Positions 1-8,089 of a stretch of DNA of 64,000 bases are shown here, in pieces. Source of the stretch: Candidatus Dormiibacterota bacterium (GTDB taxonomy: Bacteria; Chloroflexota; Dormibacteria; Aeolococcales; Aeolococcaceae). Below the pieces are notes generated by a model that saw nothing but the letters and a program-made list of their open reading frames with translations, was not told where the DNA came from and did not search any database. The DNA lies in the NCBI GenBank assembly GCA_963697085.1, contig CAVOMR010000002.1:336070-400069 (forward strand). Reading direction: 5' to 3'. The first letter of the stretch is position 1; the number at the start of each line of letters is the position of its first letter. A program made the translations under genes and the position numbers.

Positions 1-72
1 GACGGCTCCGACCACGAGCCACTGGACCAGCGTGCGCAATCCGCTGTTCCGATTGCCGAGCATGAGAGACAT
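1..72 (-). CDS. 5' end of an unidentified CDS running off the left edge (MSLMLGNRNSGLRTLVQWLVVGAV...)
   Basis: ATG at 72..70 directly follows the TAG (75..73) of the upstream hypA-like gene. GGAGGA at 84..79 could be the RBS. Only 24 codons are visible, so no product call. Confidence 0.3.
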   Translation of the reverse strand, partial: MSLMLGNRNSGLRTLVQWLVVGAV

Positions 73-435
73 CTAGGTTCCTCCGTGCGTGGTGATTGTC
101 ATCGACGGCGCCGGAATGACGCCGTCATCGTCGCGATGTGAGTGCTCGTGCGGTGGCTCGATCACCTCGGATCCGGGACGCCGCAACACTGTCGGTGGGT
201 CGCCGCCAAGCTCGACCTCGTCGACGAGCACAGTGGCGCCGTCGACCACGACGCAGCGCAGCCTCGCACCTTCGCACACGGTGCCCTCCGCGAGCAGTTG
301 GAACCCGAACTCGAGGCTGTCGGGCACGATGCGCTGCTCCTCACCGATGCGCACGACGATGCGCGTGACCGGACGATTACCGGCCATGTCGGTCGCGATC
401 GTCAGGATGCCCTCGGCGAGACCGAGCTCGTGCAT
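73..435 (-). CDS. hypA: HypA-like hydrogenase nickel-insertion protein, atypical (no CxxC pairs, His/Asp-rich tail)
   Basis: Internal start of ORF 73..573. The N-terminus MHELGLAEGIL matches the HypA MHE motif. Its ATG (435..433) overlaps the TGA of the protease gene by 1 nt. The two CxxC zinc motifs expected after residue ~70 are absent. Confidence 0.55.
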   Translation of the reverse strand: MHELGLAEGILTIATDMAGNRPVTRIVVRIGEEQRIVPDSLEFGFQLLAEGTVCEGARLRCVVVDGATVLVDEVELGGDPPTVLRRPGSEVIEPPHEHSHRDDDGVIPAPSMTITTHGGT

Positions 436-953
436 CAGGTGCCGCTCCTCGTCGGGACAAGCCGCGCGAGCAGCTGCTCGACCGCCGCGACCGCTTCGGG
501 CACGGCATTCGCGACCGGCTCGCTCAGGCCCATCCGGCCCTCGTTCTCCGGCCCGAACGTCAGCGGTTCGCACCCCACCACGATCACGTTGCGCGGGCTG
601 CCGCCGAGTGTCCGCACCAGGGCGAACACCGAGTCGGGGGTCATCGCATGGCCCTGGAACGAGCCCTCGGCATGATCCGGCGGCGTCGCCGCGCCGCCGT
701 CACCGAGATCGGGCTCGAGGACGTACACGGTGCCTGGTGCCTGCCCTCGCGGCATGGCGTCGATGAGAATCGTCGCCTCCGGCTCGTCGAGGAGGGCGAA
801 CGCGAGATCGAATCCGCGGATGCCGTAGTCGGCGATGCGCACGCCCTCGGGCTGCGGTCGCGCCGCAAGCTGTTGCGCGACCTCGACGCCGAATCCGTCG
901 TCCCCGAGAAAGATGTTGCCGATTCCGGCAACGAGGATGGTGCGGTCACTCAT
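435..953 (-). CDS. [NiFe]-hydrogenase maturation endopeptidase (HyaD/HupD family)
   Basis: 172 aa. N-terminus ILVAGIGNIFLGDDGFGVEV is typical of the family. ATGA overlap with the upstream gene at 950..953. Confidence 0.85.
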   Translation of the reverse strand: MSDRTILVAGIGNIFLGDDGFGVEVAQQLAARPQPEGVRIADYGIRGFDLAFALLDEPEATILIDAMPRGQAPGTVYVLEPDLGDGGAATPPDHAEGSFQGHAMTPDSVFALVRTLGGSPRNVIVVGCEPLTFGPENEGRMGLSEPVANAVPEAVAAVEQLLARLVPTRSGT

Positions 954-1279
954 GCGGATTCCTCGGCGCCGGGGTCGAGCGGCTCGATGTCTTCAAGGCT
1001 GAAGAAGAAGCGGTGCCCCGGCTGGCGCATCGCTCCGAGATCCTTCCCGGGATCGTCGTCGACCAGCAGCGCGACGTGGATCGCGTCCTCGTAGTCGCGC
1101 TCGATGGACTCGACGACCGCCGTACGGCCGTCGAGCACCATGTCCATGATGTCGGCGCGCCGGCGCGGGTGCATGCGCACACGGTCACCCCGGCGCAGCA
1201 CCGAATCGCCCCAGCGCACCGACTCTGTCCCGGTGTCGGTGCCCGTGGGGTCCCAGAGCGCGAGGTCGAACTCTTTCAT
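950..1279 (-). CDS. Conserved hypothetical protein of hydrogenase cluster
   Basis: 109-aa ORF with ATGA overlaps at both ends (950..953, 1276..1279). No motif recognised. Confidence 0.6.
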   Translation of the reverse strand: MKEFDLALWDPTGTDTGTESVRWGDSVLRRGDRVRMHPRRRADIMDMVLDGRTAVVESIERDYEDAIHVALLVDDDPGKDLGAMRQPGHRFFFSLEDIEPLDPGAEESA

Positions 1280-2337
1280 CGCCGCTCCCGGCTCGGGCGG
1301 ATCTCGCGAATCGTCCCGTGCAGGCGCATGAGGTCGTCGCCCGTGAGTGCCTCGGTGCGATCGAGCAGGGCGCGACTCCGCGGATCGGCCCCCCGCATCT
1401 CGTCCTTCTCGTCGTCCGTGAGCGAGAGGATGCGCAGGCTGAGGATCTCGTCGATCTCGGTGGCGTCAAAGAGATCCCCGGACGATTCAGGAGCCACCTG
1501 CGGATGATCCTCGAGGATGATCGGCGAGGCGAGCACCGTGTCCGACGAGCCCGGCTCGCCGACGAGGACCGGCCAGAAGCCGATGTTGCGGCAGCCGGCA
1601 GCCGCGTCCACGGCGTTCGGGGGCGGGTCCGCGAGCGACAGCCACTCCCCGCCCTGGACGGTGAGGATCGCATGCGTCGAGATGAGCGACTGCCGCAGCG
1701 CCCGCTCGCGGTCGCGATTCCCGGTGAGGCTGAAGGCGCCCGTGTTGCGCACGACGACACGCACCTGGGTGAGGTCGTCGCCGGCGCGGGTCGCCACCAC
1801 GCTCACCTCGACCTGCAGCGGCTCGCACTCACGAATCAGCGCGCCGGCGACGAGACCTGACTCTCCCCGCAGCGGCTCGACATCGCAGTGGTCGTGATAG
1901 GAGCGTTCGACGGCGAGCTCTCCCGCGAGCAGCGCGCCAACGTCGTGACTGCCGCAGTCGATGTCGATCTCGGTCGCCTCCTCCCAGCCGCGGTGCGTCA
2001 CGCCGGCGACGCGCAGCTCCGCGACATCCTCGAGCCTCGCCGCCGCCTCGCCGTCGAACACACGGCTCGGCGGATCCAGCCTCGCCACGGTTCTGGTCAC
2101 CGGCTGCAGAAACCGGACGTGGATCGTGACCTCCGCCGCGTCACGGCCCCGCAGCAGGCACTCCGTCTGCGCGAACCACGGATCCGTGGAACCGGACGCC
2201 TCGCTCCAGGCGCGCGGATGCACGCCGCCGAACGTCCAGCGCACCTGGTTCTTCACCGACGAAGGCCGGTACGGGTACAGGATGTAGCCCTCGTAGAGCG
2301 TTGCCGCGACCAGGCGGTCGATCGTGCTCGCCGTCAT
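1276..2337 (-). CDS. Conserved hypothetical protein of hydrogenase cluster (353 aa)
   Basis: Long ORF in the operon frame chain with ATGA overlaps at 1276..1279 and 2334..2337. Non-junk composition. No catalytic motif recognised. Confidence 0.65.
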   Translation of the reverse strand: MTASTIDRLVAATLYEGYILYPYRPSSVKNQVRWTFGGVHPRAWSEASGSTDPWFAQTECLLRGRDAAEVTIHVRFLQPVTRTVARLDPPSRVFDGEAAARLEDVAELRVAGVTHRGWEEATEIDIDCGSHDVGALLAGELAVERSYHDHCDVEPLRGESGLVAGALIRECEPLQVEVSVVATRAGDDLTQVRVVVRNTGAFSLTGNRDRERALRQSLISTHAILTVQGGEWLSLADPPPNAVDAAAGCRNIGFWPVLVGEPGSSDTVLASPIILEDHPQVAPESSGDLFDATEIDEILSLRILSLTDDEKDEMRGADPRSRALLDRTEALTGDDLMRLHGTIREIRPSRERR

Positions 2338-2999
2338 GCCGGCGCGCTCGCGCTCGCGCTCGCCGCTCCGTCCGCCGCGTCGAGCAGGCGTGTCAGCGCG
2401 GCATCCCAGCCGGGCACGCCCGAATGCGCCTTGTAGCGGTTGAGCTTCTCGACGGTGTCACGCCGCAGGCAGAGCCAGGCGCTGTCGGGATCGTGCTCCT
2501 CCATCAGCGCTCGCCACGTCGCGACCGGGAGCCGGAACGCAGCCTCCTTCGACCAGGAGATCGGCGCCACCTGCAGGCTGCCGTCCTCGTCGCGCCAGAA
2601 GATCGTCCCGCTGAACTGAAACATGAGCGGGACATCGCCGGTCTCGAGCGCGAAGAAGTACTTCCCCGCCGTGATCGTCAGGTCGTGCGTGCACGGGACC
2701 GGCACGATCGCCTCGGTGGATCCCGTGAAACCGGGCACGTCGGCGCTCGCGTGAGTCCAGAGCATCGTCTTGAGCGTCGTCCCCCATCGCGACGGTGGCC
2801 CGAACAGGTCGAGGAGCGCCTCCTGCTCACCGGGGGCGTAGGTGCGGCGGGTGGCCTGCACCATGATCTGGCAGCGCAGCGAGATGGCATCCACGCGGTG
2901 GCCGTCGCGCTCGCGGATCCTGACCCGGAAGTTGAGGATGGGGATGAGCGTGTCCGGCTCCGCGCCCGCCGAGACAACCTCCATCTCCAGGTCAGGCAT
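2334..2999 (-). CDS. Hydrogenase-cluster conserved protein (DUF6084-like, from memory)
   Basis: Internal ATG at 2999 (MPDLEMEVVSAGAEPDTLIPILNF...) within ORF 2334..3146. It overlaps the preceding gene's end (2992) by 8 nt. The upstream part of the ORF is Arg/Ser-rich junk. Confidence 0.6.
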   Translation of the reverse strand: MPDLEMEVVSAGAEPDTLIPILNFRVRIRERDGHRVDAISLRCQIMVQATRRTYAPGEQEALLDLFGPPSRWGTTLKTMLWTHASADVPGFTGSTEAIVPVPCTHDLTITAGKYFFALETGDVPLMFQFSGTIFWRDEDGSLQVAPISWSKEAAFRLPVATWRALMEEHDPDSAWLCLRRDTVEKLNRYKAHSGVPGWDAALTRLLDAADGAASASASAPA

Positions 3000-3621
3000 C
3001 GGGAGCTCCCTTCTCGATCGCTGCCGCGCGCAGATCGGTGAAGAACGTGGTGATGCGGTCCCAGACCTCCTGACCGCCGCTGAGGCCACGCCAGCTGATG
3101 CGGATGAGACCCACGAGCTCGTAGCACCTGTCGATCGGCGCGACATAGGCGTCGCGCGCGCCGCTCACACGGTTGACGAGCAGCGCCTCGACGTCGGGGA
3201 TGAGCTTCGCGAGGATCGGGTTGACCGCGACCAACTCCTCCCAGCCCTCGAGCGTGAGCAGCAACTCGGTCGCGCCGGCGGGGCTCGGATAGTAGGCGCG
3301 AACCGCGCCGTCGGGCGACGTCGTGTGGAGGAACGCCATGTTCACCGGGATCGCGAGCAACTCCCATTGCATGTCGGTCATCGCGAAGTCCCGCAGATAC
3401 CAGAGTCGTCTCGGAACCCTGCGGTAGCGTTTCTCCGCGTCCGCCGGAAACAGCATCGCGCACGGCGTGCAGCTGCAGTGGAACTGCCGTGCGCTCGGCT
3501 CGAAGAGGTGCTCATGGTGCGGATGCGGGGACAGCTCGGCGCTGCACAGCTCGCAGCGTTCTGCGGGCGCGCGCTCGCGAATGAAGTCGCGCAACCCCGG
3601 GAGCCGGACCGAGGTGCTCAC
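2992..3621 (-). CDS. Hydrogenase-cluster conserved protein (DUF5947-like, from memory), Cys/His-rich N-terminus
   Basis: GTG at 3621 forms a GTGA overlap with the stop of the NifU-like gene (3618). Sequence VSTSVRLPGLRDFIRERAPAERCELCSAEL...HCSCTPC. The upstream part of ORF 2992..3933 is junk. Confidence 0.6.
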   Translation of the reverse strand: MSTSVRLPGLRDFIRERAPAERCELCSAELSPHPHHEHLFEPSARQFHCSCTPCAMLFPADAEKRYRRVPRRLWYLRDFAMTDMQWELLAIPVNMAFLHTTSPDGAVRAYYPSPAGATELLLTLEGWEELVAVNPILAKLIPDVEALLVNRVSGARDAYVAPIDRCYELVGLIRISWRGLSGGQEVWDRITTFFTDLRAAAIEKGAPDA

Positions 3622-4553
3622 GACACCGGCGTCAGCATCGCGACCCGCAGGACACCTGCGTCCTCGAGCAGCGGCAGCGGTTCGATGCGCCGGTCCGAGC
3701 CGATGCCTGCTCCGGCTCGTCGAATGTCGAACCGCGCGGAGCACCCGTCGCACACGAGCGCGGCGCCGTCGAGCGTCGCACCGTCCATGACCGTGGCGCA
3801 GGAGGGGCATGTCGCGGCATACGCGTAGAACACGTCGCCGGAGCGGGCAACGAGGATCGCGCCGCCGTCGGCGACGGTGCGCAGGACGGCGCCGTTGCCG
3901 ATGTCCGATGCCCGCGCGGCCAGGGTGACCCACTCACCGGAGGGTGCGATGGGAGCTCGGGACTGGGCCTGAGCACGAGCCGATGCTACGACGGGCAGCG
4001 CGACCAGGCCAGGCATGGCCGGCGGACCGGTGCGCGTCGTGTCGACGGCATCGGCCACCTCGATCCCACCGATGTCGGGCGCCGCCTCGTAGATCGCCTT
4101 CTCGACGGCGAGCTTGAGCGTGACCATTGACGACGGGCAGCCCTGACAGTGGCCCTGCAGCCGGATTCGAACGGTGTCGCCCTCCACGTCGAGCAGCTCG
4201 ACGCCGCCCCCGTGTGAGCGCATGTACGGACGCACGGACTCGAGCGCTCCTTCGACGCGCGTGCGCAGATCCTGCGGATGGAGCCCGTGGAGCAGCAGCA
4301 CACCGCGGATCAGGTCGTCGGCGGCCATTCCCTCGAGCAGCCGGTCCGCGCCAGGATCGCCGCGCGGGCCGAGTGCGCCGAGCATCCGCGACAGCGCCTC
4401 CCCGTGGAGATCGAGCACTGTCGAGAGCAATTCCTCGATCAACGCCCACGACGCAGGGTCGGAGAGTTGCTGCAGCTCTCCGACCAGGGCGTCGACGTGG
4501 GCGAGGCGTTTCTGGAGCTCGCGCTCCTCAACGATGCGGGGTGGGGCTGCCAT
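3618..4553 (-). CDS. NifU-domain Fe-S assembly-like protein with C-terminal Cys4 (CPSC...CDGC) domain
   Basis: 311 aa. GGVELLDVEGDTVRIRLQGHCQGCPSSMVTLK is a NifU C-terminal-type motif. The tail contains CPSC and CDGC pairs. The start abuts the hhyL stop (4554). Confidence 0.75.
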   Translation of the reverse strand: MAAPPRIVEERELQKRLAHVDALVGELQQLSDPASWALIEELLSTVLDLHGEALSRMLGALGPRGDPGADRLLEGMAADDLIRGVLLLHGLHPQDLRTRVEGALESVRPYMRSHGGGVELLDVEGDTVRIRLQGHCQGCPSSMVTLKLAVEKAIYEAAPDIGGIEVADAVDTTRTGPPAMPGLVALPVVASARAQAQSRAPIAPSGEWVTLAARASDIGNGAVLRTVADGGAILVARSGDVFYAYAATCPSCATVMDGATLDGAALVCDGCSARFDIRRAGAGIGSDRRIEPLPLLEDAGVLRVAMLTPVS

Positions 4554-6341
4554 TCATGGTTGCGGGCCGAAGTTCGGCGAGTGCCGAGTCTCCAGCACCT
4601 TGCCGTTGCCGAGATACATGTGCACGCCGCACGGCAGGCAGGGATCGAAGCTGCGCACGGCGCGCATGATGTCGATGCCCTTGAAATTGTCGGGGCCGTT
4701 CTCTTCGAAGATGGGCGTGTTCTGCACGGAGTCTTCGTACGGACCGGGGGTGCCGTACATGTCACGCGGCGTCGCGTTCCAGGGCGTCGGTGGGTACGGG
4801 TGGTAGTTGGCGATCTTCCCGTCGCGAATCACGACGTGGTGCGAGAGCACCCCCCGAACAGCCTCATGGAAGCCGCAACCGATCGCCTCGTCCGGGACCT
4901 TGAAGGGTGTGAACGTGTCCGTGCGCCCCGCATTGAGCTCGGCGAACGCCTTCTCGAGGAAGTGCAGCGCCGATGCCGCCGCGTATGCCTGGAAGTAGGT
5001 CCGTGCGCGGTCGCGCTCGATGGCGTTGCTCCACTTCGGAACGTGCCACTCGAACTCGACCTCCGGCTTCGACGCCGTCTTCGGCAGATAGATCTTCGTG
5101 CTGGTGCCGGTCGCCTTCACGTACCCGATGTCGACGAGGCCGGCGAGCGACGTCGCCAGCAGTCGCGCGAACGCGCCGCCGCCCGTGTCCATCGCCAGGT
5201 GCTCACCCTCGTGCAGGTACCGCGGGCACATGACCCAGCTGTAGTTCTTGTCGAAGTCGCGCTTGCCGGGCTTGGGAATCGTCGTTTGGTTCCATGGGTG
5301 GCGCTTGTCGATCGGATGGCCCAGCGGGTCCTTCTCGACAAAGACCTCACCGTCATCGGCCCAGTCCTCGTAGAACGAGTGGCCGAGCAGGATCCGGATA
5401 TTGCGGTTGATCTCGACGAGATCGGTGGTCACCAGCTTGCCGTCGACGACCACGCCCGGGGTGACGAACATCGCCCGGCCCCAGTTGGTCATGTGGCGGT
5501 ACGTGTAGTCGCACTCGTCGGGATCGTTGAACGAGCCCCAGCAGACCGTGTCCATGCGCCGGCGACCCACTTCCTCGTATCCGGGGAGCGCCTCGTAGAA
5601 GAAATCGAAGATGTCGTCGTGCAGCGGGACGACCTTCTTCATGAACTCGACGTAGCGCATCAGGCGAACCAGGTAGTCGGAGAAAAGCTGCACGGTCGGG
5701 ACGGTGCCCACGCCGCCGGGATACAGCGTCGACGGATGGACGTGGCGTCCCTCCATCAGGCAGAACATCTCGCGCGTGTACCGGCTCACGTGCAGCGTCT
5801 CGCGGTAGAACTCGCCGGTGAACGGGTTGAGCGCGCGCATGATGTCGGCAATCGTCCGGTAGCCATGCTCGCTCGCATGCGGCGAGGGGGTGCTCTCGGC
5901 CCTCGCGAGGACGCTCGGGTTGGTCTCCTTGACCATCTGCTCGCAGAAGTCGACCATGAGCAGGTTGTCCTGGAAGATGTTGTGGTCGAACATGTACTCA
6001 GCCGCCTCGCCGAGGTTGACGATCCACTCCGCCATCGCCGGCGGCCGGATGCCGAACGCCATGTTCTGCGCGTAGGTCGCGCACGTCGCGTGGTTGTCAC
6101 CGCAGATGCCGCAGATCCGACTCGTGATGAAGTGCGCGTCGCGCGGATCCTTGCCCTTCATGAAGATGCTGTAGCCACGGAAGATCGACGACGTGCTTCG
6201 GCAGTCGGCAACCACGCGGTTGGCAAAGTCGATCTTCGTGAAGATGCCAAGGCTGCCAACGATCCTCGTGATCGGATCCCAGGAGACGTCGACGAGAGTC
6301 GGATCTTTGGTCCTGGTGGGGTCCTTCTCAACGACTGTCAT
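4554..6341 (-). CDS. hhyL: [NiFe]-hydrogenase large subunit, group 1h/5 (high-affinity type)
   Basis: 595 aa. N-terminal metal-site motif TSRICGICGDNH and C-terminal SFDPCLPCGVH are both seen, matching the group 5/1h signatures as I recall them. GAGGAG lies upstream of the ATG. Confidence 0.95.
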   Translation of the reverse strand: MTVVEKDPTRTKDPTLVDVSWDPITRIVGSLGIFTKIDFANRVVADCRSTSSIFRGYSIFMKGKDPRDAHFITSRICGICGDNHATCATYAQNMAFGIRPPAMAEWIVNLGEAAEYMFDHNIFQDNLLMVDFCEQMVKETNPSVLARAESTPSPHASEHGYRTIADIMRALNPFTGEFYRETLHVSRYTREMFCLMEGRHVHPSTLYPGGVGTVPTVQLFSDYLVRLMRYVEFMKKVVPLHDDIFDFFYEALPGYEEVGRRRMDTVCWGSFNDPDECDYTYRHMTNWGRAMFVTPGVVVDGKLVTTDLVEINRNIRILLGHSFYEDWADDGEVFVEKDPLGHPIDKRHPWNQTTIPKPGKRDFDKNYSWVMCPRYLHEGEHLAMDTGGGAFARLLATSLAGLVDIGYVKATGTSTKIYLPKTASKPEVEFEWHVPKWSNAIERDRARTYFQAYAAASALHFLEKAFAELNAGRTDTFTPFKVPDEAIGCGFHEAVRGVLSHHVVIRDGKIANYHPYPPTPWNATPRDMYGTPGPYEDSVQNTPIFEENGPDNFKGIDIMRAVRSFDPCLPCGVHMYLGNGKVLETRHSPNFGPQP

Positions 6342-6354
6342 TCGTCAGTTCTCC

Positions 6355-7419
6355 TCAGTACGTGGTCGGCCGGTAGCCGGTGGTCAGCTCGGGCCGGGTG
6401 TGGCGCCATCTCGGCTCCTTGTTGACGGTGGTGTTCGTCACCTTGCGGAGGGCGCGGATCGCGGTGCCGTAGACACCGATCACGCCCGTCGAGAGATGTG
6501 CTCCGGGCGGTTCGTCCATGAAGGGCATGAACTTGTCCGGGAAGCCGGGCATCGTGCAGCCGATGCAGATGCCGCCGACATTGGGACAACCGCCGATACC
6601 GGCCATCCAGCCACGCTTCGGAACGTTGCAGTTGACGACCGGGCCCCAGCACCCGAGCTTGACCAGACACTTCGGCGAGTTGTAGTCGCCGGCGAAGTCG
6701 CCCTGCTCGTACGAGGCCGCTCGATCGCATCCGTCGTGCACGGTGTCGCCGAAGAGCCACAGCGGACGCAGCTGGTCGTCGAGCGGGATGATCGGCGCGA
6801 GTCCGGCCACCATGTACAGCAGGTAGAGCACGGTCTCCATGAAGTTGTCGGGTTGCACCGGGCATCCCGGGACGTTGACGATCGGCAGCCCCGCCTTCGA
6901 CTTCCAGTCCCAGCCGAGATAGTCCGCAAGCCCCATCGCACCGGTCGGGTTGCCCTGCATCGCATGGATGCCGCCATAGGTGGCGCACGTGCCGCAGGCG
7001 ACAACCGCCAGCGCCTTCGGAGCCAGACGATCGATCCACTCGCACGTGGTGATGGGCTGTCCGGTCGCGGAGTCGGTCCCGACAGCCGCCCAGTAGCCTT
7101 CCTTCTTGATCGTCTCGTTGGGGATCGAGCCCTCGATCACGAGAACGAAGGGGTCCAGCTCGCCGGCCGCGGCCGCGTGCCAGGACTTGATGAATTCCTC
7201 TCCGTTCTCGTACGCGAGGACCGGGTTGTAGAGATGGACCCTCGGCAGGCCGGGGATCGCGCCCAGGAGCACGTCCTCGATGCTCGGCTGCGTGGCGGCG
7301 GTGATCGAGACCGAGTCGCCGTCACAGCCGAGGCCCGCGGTCACCCAGACGATGTGAAGATCGGAGACGGGCGACTCCCGCTGAGTCTTGCGCCCATACG
7401 GCACTGTGTCCGTGGCCAT
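6355..7419 (-). CDS. hhyS: [NiFe]-hydrogenase small subunit, group 1h/5, no twin-arginine signal
   Basis: Internal ATG at 7419 preceded by AGGAGG (7432..7427). Sequence MATDTVPYGRK...WVTAGLGCDGDS with multiple Cys clusters. No RRxF motif at the N-terminus. Confidence 0.9.
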   Translation of the reverse strand: MATDTVPYGRKTQRESPVSDLHIVWVTAGLGCDGDSVSITAATQPSIEDVLLGAIPGLPRVHLYNPVLAYENGEEFIKSWHAAAAGELDPFVLVIEGSIPNETIKKEGYWAAVGTDSATGQPITTCEWIDRLAPKALAVVACGTCATYGGIHAMQGNPTGAMGLADYLGWDWKSKAGLPIVNVPGCPVQPDNFMETVLYLLYMVAGLAPIIPLDDQLRPLWLFGDTVHDGCDRAASYEQGDFAGDYNSPKCLVKLGCWGPVVNCNVPKRGWMAGIGGCPNVGGICIGCTMPGFPDKFMPFMDEPPGAHLSTGVIGVYGTAIRALRKVTNTTVNKEPRWRHTRPELTTGYRPTTY

Positions 7420-7533
7420 CCAATCTCCTCCTATGTGAGCGATGGCGGCGGTGACCGCGGACGCATTTCGTCCCCACGACGTTCCGCCTTGAACGCGACT
7501 GTGGCGACGCGTACCACCGCCGTCAATCCGTGT

Positions 7534-7572
7534 GTTTCGCACATATCCGCGCCACGCGGACATCGACGAAAC
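7534..7572 (-). terminator. Long GC hairpin 6 nt downstream of the padR stop (terminator-like, or operator)
   Basis: Minus strand reads GTTTCGtcgATGTCCGCG-TGG-CGCGGATATgtgCGAAAC, with nested inverted repeats. No U-tract follows. Confidence 0.45.
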
Positions 7573-7578
7573 GAAGTG

Positions 7579-8031
7579 CTACGCGCCGTCCGACACGGTG
7601 TACGCGAACCGCCGATCCGACGGCTGTCCGTTCGATTCGACGGGGTCCGGCGTGGGCGACCCATCGCGGGAGCCGTGACCCGCGATCGCCTTGCGCATGC
7701 TGAGGAATTCCCTCGCCACCGCGAGCAGCTGTTCGACGGGCGCGACGTACGCGTCGACCGTGTCGAGACCGACCTCGCTCAACTCGTAGCGGCGCCGGCT
7801 GCGGCCACCCGAGGTGCGCTCCCATGTCGAGTGCAACAGCCCTTCGGCCTCCATGGTGTTGAGGGCGCGGTAGATCGTGCCGAGGTCGCACTCGACGCCG
7901 ATCGCGAGGAGGCGGTGGTGCAACTCGTATCCATATGCGGTGTCACCGCCGAGCAGGTGCACCAGGATGCATGGCCGGAGCAGACCGACGCTGAGCGCCG
8001 CCGTTCGCTCCGACCGGGTCTCCCCGCTCAC
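7579..8031 (-). CDS. PadR family transcriptional regulator
   Basis: C-terminal 150 aa of ORF 7579..8358. Contains ILVHLLGGDTAYGYELHHRL...GTIYRALNTMEAEGLLHSTWE...RRRYELSEVG (winged-helix PadR pattern). GTG at 8031 chosen because upstream residues are junk; the start is uncertain. Confidence 0.75.
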   Translation of the reverse strand: MSGETRSERTAALSVGLLRPCILVHLLGGDTAYGYELHHRLLAIGVECDLGTIYRALNTMEAEGLLHSTWERTSGGRSRRRYELSEVGLDTVDAYVAPVEQLLAVAREFLSMRKAIAGHGSRDGSPTPDPVESNGQPSDRRFAYTVSDGA

Positions 8032-8089
8032 GTCATCACCTCGCCTCGAGTCTACGTTCGGTGGCGGACATTTACCCCAGGGTAGAACC

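Noticed and set aside
4278-6425. Very long antisense ORFs (4278..6425, 6193..8085, 33158..35368, 38462..39670, 11541..12872, 14128..15105, 48664..49812 and similar).
   Set aside because: They lie opposite well-supported genes (hhyL, hhyS, S8, acs, lon). Their translations are Arg/Ala/Pro/Gly-rich with no motifs. This is the expected stop-codon-poor antisense frame of high-GC DNA.
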